Origin: a virus
IMG/VR virus record: IMGVR_UViG_3300002835_000024
Length of the DNA: 64,000 nucleotides
Reading direction: 5' to 3' (one strand)
In this document: positions 35,747 to 45,628 of the stretch, in pieces
How the letters are laid out: the number at the start of each line of letters is the position of its first letter
Numbering within the stretch: the first letter of the stretch is position 1
Program-made: the position numbers and the translations under genes
The notes under the pieces: generated by a model
Databases searched by the model: none
What the model was told of the DNA's origin: nothing
Seen by the model: only the letters and a program-made list of their open reading frames with translations

Positions 35747-36561
35747 TAGTTGAAAATCTCACGGGATTCATAGGCGTAGTAACAAATATTGATGGCGACG
35801 AGCTTAATCTAGGAAGAGTTCAAATTCGAATTTCTGGAGATCAGGGACCAATTGGCGATGATACAAATCTACTTTGGGCTTATGTTATGGTTCCTTCGAC
35901 CAGTCCCGCCCAAAGCGGTATTGGCGTAACGCCTAATTGGATAAATGTTGATACCACAGTTTTTGGCGTTTTTCTTGATGGTCAATATAGAAATATCCCT
36001 ATGATATTAGGATGTTTGAACCAAAATAAACCAGACCCTGTTGGACCAGGGATAAGCACATTGGCCTTTGGAGACAATATACCAAGAAATCTTACCGCCA
36101 AAGAAAGAGCGGTTGGCGTGGACTCTCTTTCCAAACGCTCTCCAAACTTCAAAAACAATAAAGTCATAACTACATCTTCCAAAGAAACTCCCAAAACAGT
36201 CAACCACATATTTGAATTAGATGATACGCCTGAGCATGAAAGAATTCTTGTTAAACATAAATCAGGATCTTACGTCGAATTCTTTCATGATGGTAACGTA
36301 GTCGTTAAGTCTGCAAATAGCAATTATGAAGTCGCTATAAAAAATAAAGAAATAACTGTGAGCGGCGACACCATAATAAATTGTGATAATACCGCTGAGA
36401 TAAGAGCCAAGAGCATCGCTTTGAAAGGAAACGTTACTATTTTTGGTAGCTTAGTAACTAGTGGTCCAATTAGTTCTGCAGTGGGCGCTACTGGAATCAT
36501 CACAGATATTGTCGGCCAAACTGTAAATATAAAAGGCGGAACTATTGAGAGGATAGGGTAA
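35743..36561 (+). CDS. gp5: Central spike gp5-like protein (OB fold + beta-helix, no lysozyme)
   Basis: G.V...D...LGRV.IR..G, L.WA....P, V.G.FLDG, H.FE.DDTP..ERI...H.SG. Confidence 0.85.
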   Translation: MIVENLTGFIGVVTNIDGDELNLGRVQIRISGDQGPIGDDTNLLWAYVMVPSTSPAQSGIGVTPNWINVDTTVFGVFLDGQYRNIPMILGCLNQNKPDPVGPGISTLAFGDNIPRNLTAKERAVGVDSLSKRSPNFKNNKVITTSSKETPKTVNHIFELDDTPEHERILVKHKSGSYVEFFHDGNVVVKSANSNYEVAIKNKEITVSGDTIINCDNTAEIRAKSIALKGNVTIFGSLVTSGPISSAVGATGIITDIVGQTVNIKGGTIERIG

Positions 36562-36563
36562 TA

Positions 36564-37157
36564 ATGACTATTAACATACAATCAATAAGGTCAATAGAAA
36601 GAACGATCAGAACTCATACTGACTGTCAATCATTGCTATTCACCATAGAAGTAATGATCGAGCAACAAATAAAACAGCTGGAAGCGGCTATCGCTAGCAG
36701 CGTAAAACTGAATAGTTTATTTTCCGCTTTAGCGAAAATACCCACTACTATTGAAGAAGTTATTAGCGCATTTAAAAACTCTATCATCAGCCAAGCTGTT
36801 GAAAACCTCAAGGCAGCAATAGAACAGGCCAAACAAATTATAGAATTTGCTGATGCTCTCTCAGATCTCATTGACGCCGTTGATGACGCGGCTGAGAGAC
36901 TGCCCGAATGTTTTGCTCAAGCCCCATCAATATTAGAAAATTCTGTAAGAAGATCTATAGATAATAGAATAAACAATATTGTTGGACCCGCTTTGCAAAA
37001 GGTAAAAGAAACTGCTGATGTTATCAATAATGCTATTCCAGGAATTGTTTCTATTGATACATCTGATGCAGCATCATTTCTTGAAAGTATTAGAAATAAT
37101 CCAATAAATACACAAGCTATAGTATACGAATACGAGAAAATATTTTCCACAGACTAA
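36564..37157 (+). CDS. Hypothetical alpha-helical protein
   Basis: ORF tightly packed in the baseplate operon. Confidence 0.6.
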   Translation: MTINIQSIRSIERTIRTHTDCQSLLFTIEVMIEQQIKQLEAAIASSVKLNSLFSALAKIPTTIEEVISAFKNSIISQAVENLKAAIEQAKQIIEFADALSDLIDAVDDAAERLPECFAQAPSILENSVRRSIDNRINNIVGPALQKVKETADVINNAIPGIVSIDTSDAASFLESIRNNPINTQAIVYEYEKIFSTD

Positions 37158-37166
37158 GAGGAACAA

Positions 37167-37589
37167 ATGACAAATAGAGTCGATAGGACAGCAAATGTTC
37201 CACCAATTGGACCAATATATTCCGATTTTATGTGTAATTTTAACGCCCACCCAAACACAGGCAAGCTTGTGACCAAGACCGACGCCGAAGCTGTTAGAAG
37301 ATCATTAAGAAATTTAATACTGACAAATAGAGGCGAAAGATTTTATAAACCTAATCTGGGCTCAAATATTAATTCGCTTTTATTCGAACCAGGCAGTGAT
37401 ATAGTTTCCCAGCAGCTTCAAAATTTGATAAAAGAGTGCATAGAGACATATGAGAAAAGAGTTATTTTGAGAAAAATCCACGTAAATCTAATTAACGAAG
37501 AGACTTCATATAACGTTGATATCTATTTTTCAATAATAAATAATACCAACACCTATAACCTAAACATCAAACTGGATCGCTTAAGGTAA
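37167..37589 (+). CDS. gp25: Baseplate wedge gp25
   Basis: YSD....F..HP, AV..SL.NLILT..GER...P..G..I..LLFE, YE.RV. Confidence 0.93.
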   Translation: MTNRVDRTANVPPIGPIYSDFMCNFNAHPNTGKLVTKTDAEAVRRSLRNLILTNRGERFYKPNLGSNINSLLFEPGSDIVSQQLQNLIKECIETYEKRVILRKIHVNLINEETSYNVDIYFSIINNTNTYNLNIKLDRLR

Positions 37590-39373
37590 TGGCAAACACA
37601 AGTATCTCACTGGTTTCTTTGGATTTTGATAGCTTCAAACAAAATCTAAAAACACATTTAAAGTCAACGCCTCAATTCAAAGATTATGATTTTGAGGCCA
37701 GCAACATTTCAGTTCTTCTGGATCTTTTAGCGTACAACACATATAACAACTCTTTCTATCTCAACATGATAGCCAGTGAAATGTTTCTTGATTCGGCCCA
37801 GATAAGAGATTCTGTGGTTAGCCACGCAAAAGAATTGAATTATCTTCCTAGATCATTTCGTTCTTCCAAAACAGACTTAGAAGTTACCATTAATTCTTCT
37901 GATCCGCAAAAAAAGAACATCACAATTCCAAAGGGCACTGGATTTACCAGCAGAATTGGCGCAAATACGTTTCTGTTCACCACTGATCAAAACGTTGTGG
38001 TCACTTCCGGAAACAGCACATTTAAAACGACCCTTTCGGTTTATGAGGGGGATTTCATTACTGATAGATATGTCTATTCTGATAGAATCCAAAACAGATA
38101 TACCATATCAAATAAAAATGTCGATCTTCAATCACTAAAGGTTATCATAGTCGAGGATCAAGGTTCTGTTATTGAAGAATACAAAAGAGCTACTACTCTT
38201 TTGGATCTAGACGAAACCAGCAAAGTATATTTTTTACAGGCTGGGGTAAACGAAAGATACGATGTTCTTTTTGGCGACGGAATCGTTGGAAAGAAACCCA
38301 AAAACGATTCGGGTATTATTCTAGAATATCGAGTCTCAAGCGGAGAACTGCCAAATGGATGCAGGATATTCCGAATCGCCGAGAACATCGACAACGAATC
38401 TAATGTTGTTGTGACAGCGTTGAGCGTTTCCACTGGAGGCGCTGTTAATGAAACGATTGATTCCATCAAATTCAACGCGCCTAGATCTTTTGGAACTCAA
38501 GAAAGAGCAGTCACAGCAGAAGATTATGAAAATCTTCTAAAACAATATTTTCCGGAAATCAATGCAGTCTCCGCATTTGGCGGAGAAGAGGCTGATCCTC
38601 CACAATATGGTAAAGTTTTCGTATCTGTAGACCTGCAAAACATTGATGGGCTACCAAAAATCAAAGAAGAAGAATATAAAAAATTCTTAAGAACCAGATC
38701 AACAGTGTCTATGGAGCCAGTATTCGTTTCTCCCGACTATACGTATATTCGTGTCGACAGTAACATCAAATACAATATCAATAGAACTGGACTTAATCCA
38801 GAAGATATGAAAACAATCGTTATATCTTCTATTCTTAATTTTGCTTCGATCAATCTAAACAGTTTTGCTAAAATTTTCCGCTATTCAAAGCTAATTTCTA
38901 ACATTGACTCAGCAGAAGCATCAATCGTCTCAAACGAAACTGAAGTAGAGCTCGCCAAATATTTGACGCCCAAACTAAACGCGGCACAAAAACTGACAGT
39001 AGACTTTAAGACAGAATTGGCTGACGATCTTCCTCCAGCTGCTGCGGATCACCCTGCTGGTGATAAACACACCATAAGCAGCAGTTTCTTTACATTTAAT
39101 GGAGTTAGATGTAACCTGGAAGATGATGGAAACGGCAAAATAAGAGTCGTCACAAGTTCGTCAAATAGCCACAGATTTGTTGCTGAAGTAGGAACAGTAG
39201 ATTATGCCAAAGGACGAATCGAAATAAAATCCTTTAATATCTCTTCATATGAAGGCAACTATCTAAAGATCTATGCCAGAACCAGAACAAAAGACATACA
39301 GTCCTCTAAAAATGTTATTCTGAATATACTCGAGCCAGATGTCAACATTACTGTTGAGCAAATTAGGGAGTAA
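37589..39373 (+). CDS. gp6: Baseplate wedge gp6
   Basis: LDFD..K.NL, DYDFE.S...LLD.LAYNT, FLDSA, FGDG..GK, Q.RAVT..DY, GGEE..PP.YGKV. Confidence 0.95.
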   Translation: MANTSISLVSLDFDSFKQNLKTHLKSTPQFKDYDFEASNISVLLDLLAYNTYNNSFYLNMIASEMFLDSAQIRDSVVSHAKELNYLPRSFRSSKTDLEVTINSSDPQKKNITIPKGTGFTSRIGANTFLFTTDQNVVVTSGNSTFKTTLSVYEGDFITDRYVYSDRIQNRYTISNKNVDLQSLKVIIVEDQGSVIEEYKRATTLLDLDETSKVYFLQAGVNERYDVLFGDGIVGKKPKNDSGIILEYRVSSGELPNGCRIFRIAENIDNESNVVVTALSVSTGGAVNETIDSIKFNAPRSFGTQERAVTAEDYENLLKQYFPEINAVSAFGGEEADPPQYGKVFVSVDLQNIDGLPKIKEEEYKKFLRTRSTVSMEPVFVSPDYTYIRVDSNIKYNINRTGLNPEDMKTIVISSILNFASINLNSFAKIFRYSKLISNIDSAEASIVSNETEVELAKYLTPKLNAAQKLTVDFKTELADDLPPAAADHPAGDKHTISSSFFTFNGVRCNLEDDGNGKIRVVTSSSNSHRFVAEVGTVDYAKGRIEIKSFNISSYEGNYLKIYARTRTKDIQSSKNVILNILEPDVNITVEQIRE

Positions 39374-39375
39374 AC

Positions 39376-39894
39376 ATGTCATCATTAAACACAATCAAAA
39401 AAATAATATCTGAAAATAAAACAGATCTACCCTTTGACACCAAACTACTATTATTGAAATCCCACAGAGCAATTGGGCATCTGTTAGACAACAATACTCG
39501 AACAAAGACAAGAGACGGATATAGTGAAAAACTTTATGATAATTCAAATCATCTCAAGTCGCTTCATCACGCTATCGGAAACAGTTTAGTGCGTTTGAAT
39601 TCAAACGCACCAGATATGCGGACAAGTCATCCAAAGGGTAAAATGGGTGGTCTTGTTAAATGGGAAAGACCAAAACATCAGAAAGCTCTTCTTTGGATGG
39701 CCAGAGACGTTCTTAATAGTGTCAACGCCCAACATGGCAATCCGTTTAATTACGGTAATCCAGTTCCATCTCATAAAATGAGTGATGGCCAGTTTGATGA
39801 ACATATTCGTAGATTAGGTGATGTTGTTGGAACTAATCCTTGGCCAGAAGAAAGCATGAAAGACACAATTGATAAAGTAGCAAGAAGATCGTAA
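39376..39894 (+). CDS. Hypothetical protein inserted between gp6 and gp7, capsid-targeting-like N-terminus
   Basis: MSSLNTIKKIISE; His-rich. Confidence 0.6.
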   Translation: MSSLNTIKKIISENKTDLPFDTKLLLLKSHRAIGHLLDNNTRTKTRDGYSEKLYDNSNHLKSLHHAIGNSLVRLNSNAPDMRTSHPKGKMGGLVKWERPKHQKALLWMARDVLNSVNAQHGNPFNYGNPVPSHKMSDGQFDEHIRRLGDVVGTNPWPEESMKDTIDKVARRS

Positions 39895-42800
39895 TGATAG
39901 AAAAAACTATCTCACAGTATATTGAACGGCAGTTCCCCGCTTTTTACAAAGAAGAGGGGCAGAATTTTATTGCGTTCATGAAAGCTTACTATGAGTGGTT
40001 AGAACTACCACAAAACACAGCATACAAGTCCAGACATCTTTTGGAATGGCGAGATGTTGATACGACTTTGGATGAATTTATTGTTTACTTCAAAGAAAAG
40101 TATCTCAAGAATATCCAGTTTAACGTTTCTTCCAATAAAAAGCTTCTGATCAAAAATGCTTCTGATCTTTATAGATCAAAAGGAACTGAGCGTTCTATCG
40201 ATCTATTCTTCAAGCTTGTTTATGGTGTTGATGCTGAGGTGCAATATCCTGCTGAACGTATTTTCAAACTATCTGATGGTCAGTGGGAAACGCCCAGATA
40301 TTTAGAAATAACATACAACAAACAAAACATCAATTATGTCGGAAAGCAAATCATAGGATCTCTCTCTGGAGCCACAGCTTTCGTCGAAAAGTATATCAGA
40401 AGAAGAGCGGGATTTGGTATAGTCAGCATTTTGTACATATCTAATCCTAGCAAAGAATTCATCAAAGGTGAGAGTGTAGGCATATCGCAAAACGGAAGCG
40501 GTATCTACACTGACAACTCAGCCAGAATAATCGGGTCTATTTCATCTGTCACAATCTTAGACAACGGTAGAGAATTTGCTGTTGGTGATATTGTTAATTT
40601 CCAGGACTCTGAAAGAGGAAGAGGCGGATCTGCGAGAGTCGTTTCTGTAGGCGAAGAAACCGGAGTTGTTGACTTTATTCTTGAAGATGGTCTTTGGGGA
40701 TACAGCACCAACGCAGTTTCTCTTGTTTCTGAAAAAGTGCTGTTAGCCAATAATATTTACAATGATAAATTTGTCATTATGGACACTGTGGTGCAGCCTT
40801 CTGTGTTTATTGAATATCAAAATTCAGCAACGATTTCAGTTGGTGATATTGTAAGAAAATATGATGGATCTAACGTAGTTGCTAATGGAACAGTTATTGA
40901 TGTTGATCATGTGCTATCTTCTAACTCCGGAACAGCAACAATATCTATAACATCTGGCCCATTTACGATCGGAGACTACAAGTTAAACGCTAATGTTTCT
41001 AACATCAACGTAACATCTATAAGTGATTTTACGACCTATGCAGAGGTCATGGGAGTTCCGACAACATTTTTGCTAACTGTTTCTAATGCAAACAGTTTTG
41101 TTAATGGCCAAATCGTTACGTCAAATAACAATTCTAGAGGAACAGTATCGCAAATATTAGACAACACCATAACAGTTGTGAACACAATAGGCCACTTTGT
41201 AAACGGCAACTCTTTGAACGACACCACAATAACAAACGTAGAAGCATCAGTTGGTGTATACAATATCAACAAGAGATCTTTTAGAATCGATTTGGCCGAC
41301 GCAAACACCCCACCACAATGGCTTATCAGCCCATATGTTTACAAATATGATGCAAATGATGACATTTCTGCTTCTGGTCTAGTAGTAAGGTCAAACGTTT
41401 CTTCAAATACTGCCATTCTTAATATTATCCCACTAAAAGGATTCTTCGAATCCGGAGATTTCGTATACACCTCAGGCAACACATCGATAGCTACTGTTGG
41501 ATCGTATACTGGAAACACCAGAGGTGGCGATTTTGTGGAAACTGCAGGAGCGAAATATCGAGGAATCTTCAGCAATGTCAATTTTACAGTCACTTCTTTC
41601 TCTGATGGATTTGGTGCTGGATTCAATGTCGGCACCATTGGAGAAACTGAAACCCTCTATATCAATAACGATTTTATAAATGCTAATTCTAAAACTTCTA
41701 TCGATATTACAGCTAGAGTTGTCACAGTAGCATCAAATACTGGGTTTAAAGTCGGTCAAGCAGTTTCTCAAGATAGATCTGGAAATTTTGATCCTTCAAC
41801 AGACTTAAACACTACTACTGGAGTGTTTACTACTACAACTTTATTACCTTGGGCAACAAATAACTCCTTAGTGGTGTATGACCCTGGTAGTTCCAATACT
41901 ATAAACGGAATGATTGCGAATGGATATTATAGAGTCACAAACACTTCTGGAAACAGTTTCAATCTGATTGCAGTTCACGATAACAAACTTGTAAATAACA
42001 CAAACATACCTAATTTTGGCAACAACGTTCATGCAAATACACAATTAATTCGCAAAACAACGATAGCAACCATAAGGGGTATTTCTGGTACCAATATCAC
42101 AGTAGGCGATGTTTGGCAAGGACCTTTTGTTACGTCCGCCAATCTTTATATTTCTACAACTCCTACCACAAACACCAACGTATCAGCTGTGGGTTCTTTG
42201 ACTTATCCTACAGTAAACTCTTATAATTACCGCTACAAAAAATTAAGAAGCGTTGGTCTTGGATTTGCAAAAAGCCCTACTGGGTATTACAACAGCATAT
42301 TGAACAATCTTTTGACTTTCCAACTGTTGACTGTAGGAAAGGTCGCGTCTCTTACTTCAGTTCTTGGAGGATCTGGATATAATGTTGATCCGTATGTATT
42401 GATACAAGAGCCAGCTATATCAGGCTTTAATAGAAAAGATTATATTATAAAAATCTCTAACGTTAATTCTGTATTTTTGCCTGGAGAAAAAGTTTCTCAA
42501 AATCTACCAAATACTAACATCTATACCTATCAAGTAAATAATGGGGTGTTTGATACAACCCCATCAACAAAATTCTTTAATAGTTTCTTGGACGTTTCTG
42601 ATACTGATAATGTGATTTATGCTTTAGCAAACGTGTTTTCGTTTAACTCAACTTTAGATTTGATCGCCAACAATGGTTTCATTAAATTACCAAACACCCA
42701 ATCTTTTGTCGCAGGAGACAAAGTAAAATACGTTACTGCAACAGGAAACACTGCAGTCACAACAAACAATACCATCTTAAACGTTTCGTTTGTAAATTCC

Positions 42801-44135
42801 ACTGGAATTTCTGTCGGCAACTCAACAGGAAATATTGTTCTTGCAGAAACAATAAAACTTATTGTTCCCGCGAACATTGCAAATAATTATATCGCAGTTC
42901 CAACAAATCCATTTGCGAATGATGATATTGTAAGATACGTAGCTGATGTAGGAAATACTGCAATTTTGGGTCTTGCAAACAATAATCTATATTATGTTAT
43001 AAATTCAAATTCGAGTCATCTCAGACTTTCTAATTCTGTTGGCGGTTCTGCATTAACTCTCGATACAGGTGGGAATGAAACGGGGCACGGTCTTATCAAG
43101 TATAACGCCAGCGCAAATGGGAATTATCTGAGGCTGTACAAAAACGACCTACAAAATGGAATGTTATTGCAATATATAGTTTCTTCCGGAAACACAGCAG
43201 TAACTAATCTGACTAATGAAAATAACTATTTTGTCGTAAACTCCAATACATATTTTTATAAACTTTCTTCTACTCTCAATGGAAGTTCTATCGATATAGC
43301 AAATAACGGAACCTTTGCCTCAGATGGTCACGCTTTGTTGTTTATTCCAGGCTTCAGCGTAAATGATCCCGTGTATTCTTCGAATAATGGAGGCTCTGGA
43401 ATCATTAGAGGCGTATACAAACAATCAGGCAACTCTTTTATAGTTGTTCGAAACGTCTCTGGAACTATTTCAAACGGAGACACTATTGTTCTTAATAACA
43501 ATCCAGTTGTCAACTCTACCATACTTTCGGCCAATTCACAACAAGAAATAGTAACAGCAGAAGGCATAGTTCAAACTGCAAACTCGACCACTATTGTAGT
43601 TAGAAGAATACAATTTGAAAATCTTTGGCAAGTCGGCATTTCAATAAAGGGTGAAACATCAGGAGCAAATGCTAATGTTGTTTCTATTGTAGAAGATATA
43701 GATTCTCTTCCAATTGGATTAAATGCAGATATTCAAGCAAACGTTATTACTGCTGAGGGTCAGGTAACAAATCTACAAATCGTGGACTCAGGTTATGGTT
43801 ATACCAATAACGAGGTAATACAATTCGTTTCTGTGGATGGTCAAAGAGCGGGGACAGTAAAGGTTGTTCTTGGCGGGACAGGGATAGGAAGCGGTTATTA
43901 CAAAACCTCAAAAGGATTCTTGAGTGATGTTATTTGCCTGCATGATGGGGATTATTATCAAGAATATTCTTATGAAGTATTCTCGAAGCTATCAGTTGAT
44001 AGATATGCAGATATGTTCAAGAAAGTTATGCATACCGCTGGAACTAAGTTCTTCGGATCAGTGATGTTAATAAACGAGGCGAATGCCACATTAAGTCTAA
44101 CAGAGTCTTCAGTAACAGGAAACGTAGCAGGATAA
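39894..44135 (+). CDS. gp7: Baseplate wedge initiator gp7-like protein
   Basis: QFP.FY, F.KAYYEW, Y.SKGT..S..LFF..VYG, C-terminal D..YYQE.SY, H.AG.KFFG. Confidence 0.85.
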   Translation: MIEKTISQYIERQFPAFYKEEGQNFIAFMKAYYEWLELPQNTAYKSRHLLEWRDVDTTLDEFIVYFKEKYLKNIQFNVSSNKKLLIKNASDLYRSKGTERSIDLFFKLVYGVDAEVQYPAERIFKLSDGQWETPRYLEITYNKQNINYVGKQIIGSLSGATAFVEKYIRRRAGFGIVSILYISNPSKEFIKGESVGISQNGSGIYTDNSARIIGSISSVTILDNGREFAVGDIVNFQDSERGRGGSARVVSVGEETGVVDFILEDGLWGYSTNAVSLVSEKVLLANNIYNDKFVIMDTVVQPSVFIEYQNSATISVGDIVRKYDGSNVVANGTVIDVDHVLSSNSGTATISITSGPFTIGDYKLNANVSNINVTSISDFTTYAEVMGVPTTFLLTVSNANSFVNGQIVTSNNNSRGTVSQILDNTITVVNTIGHFVNGNSLNDTTITNVEASVGVYNINKRSFRIDLADANTPPQWLISPYVYKYDANDDISASGLVVRSNVSSNTAILNIIPLKGFFESGDFVYTSGNTSIATVGSYTGNTRGGDFVETAGAKYRGIFSNVNFTVTSFSDGFGAGFNVGTIGETETLYINNDFINANSKTSIDITARVVTVASNTGFKVGQAVSQDRSGNFDPSTDLNTTTGVFTTTTLLPWATNNSLVVYDPGSSNTINGMIANGYYRVTNTSGNSFNLIAVHDNKLVNNTNIPNFGNNVHANTQLIRKTTIATIRGISGTNITVGDVWQGPFVTSANLYISTTPTTNTNVSAVGSLTYPTVNSYNYRYKKLRSVGLGFAKSPTGYYNSILNNLLTFQLLTVGKVASLTSVLGGSGYNVDPYVLIQEPAISGFNRKDYIIKISNVNSVFLPGEKVSQNLPNTNIYTYQVNNGVFDTTPSTKFFNSFLDVSDTDNVIYALANVFSFNSTLDLIANNGFIKLPNTQSFVAGDKVKYVTATGNTAVTTNNTILNVSFVNSTGISVGNSTGNIVLAETIKLIVPANIANNYIAVPTNPFANDDIVRYVADVGNTAILGLANNNLYYVINSNSSHLRLSNSVGGSALTLDTGGNETGHGLIKYNASANGNYLRLYKNDLQNGMLLQYIVSSGNTAVTNLTNENNYFVVNSNTYFYKLSSTLNGSSIDIANNGTFASDGHALLFIPGFSVNDPVYSSNNGGSGIIRGVYKQSGNSFIVVRNVSGTISNGDTIVLNNNPVVNSTILSANSQQEIVTAEGIVQTANSTTIVVRRIQFENLWQVGISIKGETSGANANVVSIVEDIDSLPIGLNADIQANVITAEGQVTNLQIVDSGYGYTNNEVIQFVSVDGQRAGTVKVVLGGTGIGSGYYKTSKGFLSDVICLHDGDYYQEYSYEVFSKLSVDRYADMFKKVMHTAGTKFFGSVMLINEANATLSLTESSVTGNVAG

Positions 44136-44170
44136 ATATAAATATAAAATAACCTCAAAAGGAGATAAAA

Positions 44171-44632
44171 ATGGCAAAGAAAAAAGAATCTGGACCAGTT
44201 TACGACAAACCCGAAACTTTCACACACAAAGGGTTAAAATTTAATGGTGAGCCAATAACAGTTACTCACACTCACACTCCAGGCCTTGGGGCGCATAGAA
44301 TGACTGTGGAGCATGGAGGAAAAACCCTGGATTTGGATTTGGGTGGTTCGTCGCCAGGTGTAAGAGATGACGAATATCCTGTTGATGAAGATGGAAATCA
44401 GACAGAGCCCGACCCTAAAAAAGCGTCAAGAGAAGAAATAAAAGCGTTTAATGAAAAAATATCAAGAATACAAGCAAACGCATTTTTACGACAGCCAAGA
44501 GTAAAAAACGAAATTGAAAAAAAATTGTTTGGATCAAATCTAGAAAAAGGTACAGCTGCTGAAGAAACCAATAGACTGATGCAAAAAATTGTTGATGTTA
44601 TTAGCGAACAGAATAAAAAAGGTTTTAGATAA
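44171..44632 (+). CDS. Hypothetical late protein
   Basis: ATAAATA repeats upstream, AAGGAG RBS; C-terminal KIVDVISE. Confidence 0.6.
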   Translation: MAKKKESGPVYDKPETFTHKGLKFNGEPITVTHTHTPGLGAHRMTVEHGGKTLDLDLGGSSPGVRDDEYPVDEDGNQTEPDPKKASREEIKAFNEKISRIQANAFLRQPRVKNEIEKKLFGSNLEKGTAAEETNRLMQKIVDVISEQNKKGFR

Positions 44633-44647
44633 TAAGAGACATTACTG

Positions 44648-44676
44648 ATTATACTCAAATTTAAAACACTCGTCAA
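44648..44676 (-). promoter_or_regulatory. Antisense sigma70-type promoter
   Basis: Minus-strand TTGACG-N17-TATAAT. Confidence 0.55.
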
Positions 44677-44694
44677 TCTTTTTCAGGAAATAAC

Positions 44695-44832
44695 ATGACC
44701 AGACTAGAAAAAATAAAACAAATCATAAACGAGAAAAAAGAAGGCGAAGCTTGTTGGAAAGGCTATGAACAGTTTGGTATGAAAATGAAAAATGGCAGAA
44801 AAGTTCCCAATTGTATTCCTAATAAAAAGTGA
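44695..44832 (+). CDS. 45-aa protein with CWKGY...VPNC motif (not in ORF track)
   Basis: MTRLEKIKQIINEKKEGEACWKGYEQFGMKMKNGRKVPNCIPNKK; AGGA RBS. Confidence 0.7.
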   Translation: MTRLEKIKQIINEKKEGEACWKGYEQFGMKMKNGRKVPNCIPNKK

Positions 44833-44839
44833 CGTCAAA

Positions 44840-45358
44840 ATGAAACAAGAAACAATCAAAGAAGCGATCGATTATCATACGAGCAACAATATTAGGCTCA
44901 CCGAAAACATTTTTAGACCTGGCTCAGAGATGTTTTTTGAGATGATCAAAGAAGCCAGACGTCTATATCAAGAAGGCCAATATAAACCTATCGACGAGTG
45001 GGAAACTGATATGCTTCGTTCTGACATTGGCGAAACAGCTATGTTTGAGGGTAAAGAAGTTATTCTTGATTATCCATTTGAAGTAGAACTAAACGAAGAA
45101 GATAAGACGAAAGGTAAAGGTATCGGCAAGCCATTTAGAAAAAATGGTGGTGGAGCAGTTTATGTTCGAAGCGGAGATGGAGTTCGGCTAGTAAACTTCA
45201 GTCAGTCTGGCATGCAGAAGAAATTCAATGACCCAGGCGCTACTAAGTCTTTTATTGCTCGTCATCACTGTTTGACCAACAAAGATAAAACTTCAGCCTC
45301 ATACTGGGCCTGTAGATGGCCTAGATTCTTCAGCGACTCAGGTAAGAAATGGTGGTAA
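44840..45358 (+). CDS. Conserved phage hypothetical protein
   Basis: SF.ARH.C...KDKT...YWAC.W motif; ATG 44840 follows the upstream stop. Confidence 0.65.
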   Translation: MKQETIKEAIDYHTSNNIRLTENIFRPGSEMFFEMIKEARRLYQEGQYKPIDEWETDMLRSDIGETAMFEGKEVILDYPFEVELNEEDKTKGKGIGKPFRKNGGGAVYVRSGDGVRLVNFSQSGMQKKFNDPGATKSFIARHHCLTNKDKTSASYWACRWPRFFSDSGKKWW

Positions 45359-45628
45359 ATGTCTAAGCCATATGATGATAGTGAGATAAGTAAAGATGAA
45401 TTTTTTAGAAACTTCAAAAAAGATGTTCTAGAAGATGAATTGGTTTGGCATAGAGACGAAAAAGATAGAATCATAACAGTACTACTAGGAAAGGGATGGG
45501 AATTTCAGGAAGATAATTCTCTCCCAAGAGCGCTCAATGAAGGTGATCAGATTTATGTTCCTGCAAAAACCTATCATCGAATAAAACGAGGAACAACTGA
45601 TTTGATGATAAAGATCGAGGAATTGTAA
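45359..45628 (+). CDS. Cupin-like small protein
   Basis: ELVWHRD..DR, W.FQ.DN.LP, I.VP...YHR..RG. Confidence 0.7.
   Translation: MSKPYDDSEISKDEFFRNFKKDVLEDELVWHRDEKDRIITVLLGKGWEFQEDNSLPRALNEGDQIYVPAKTYHRIKRGTTDLMIKIEEL

Noticed and set aside
44398-44676. 92-aa minus-strand ORF
   Set aside because: Its TTG start is the -35 box of the antisense promoter, and it shadows the plus-strand gene.
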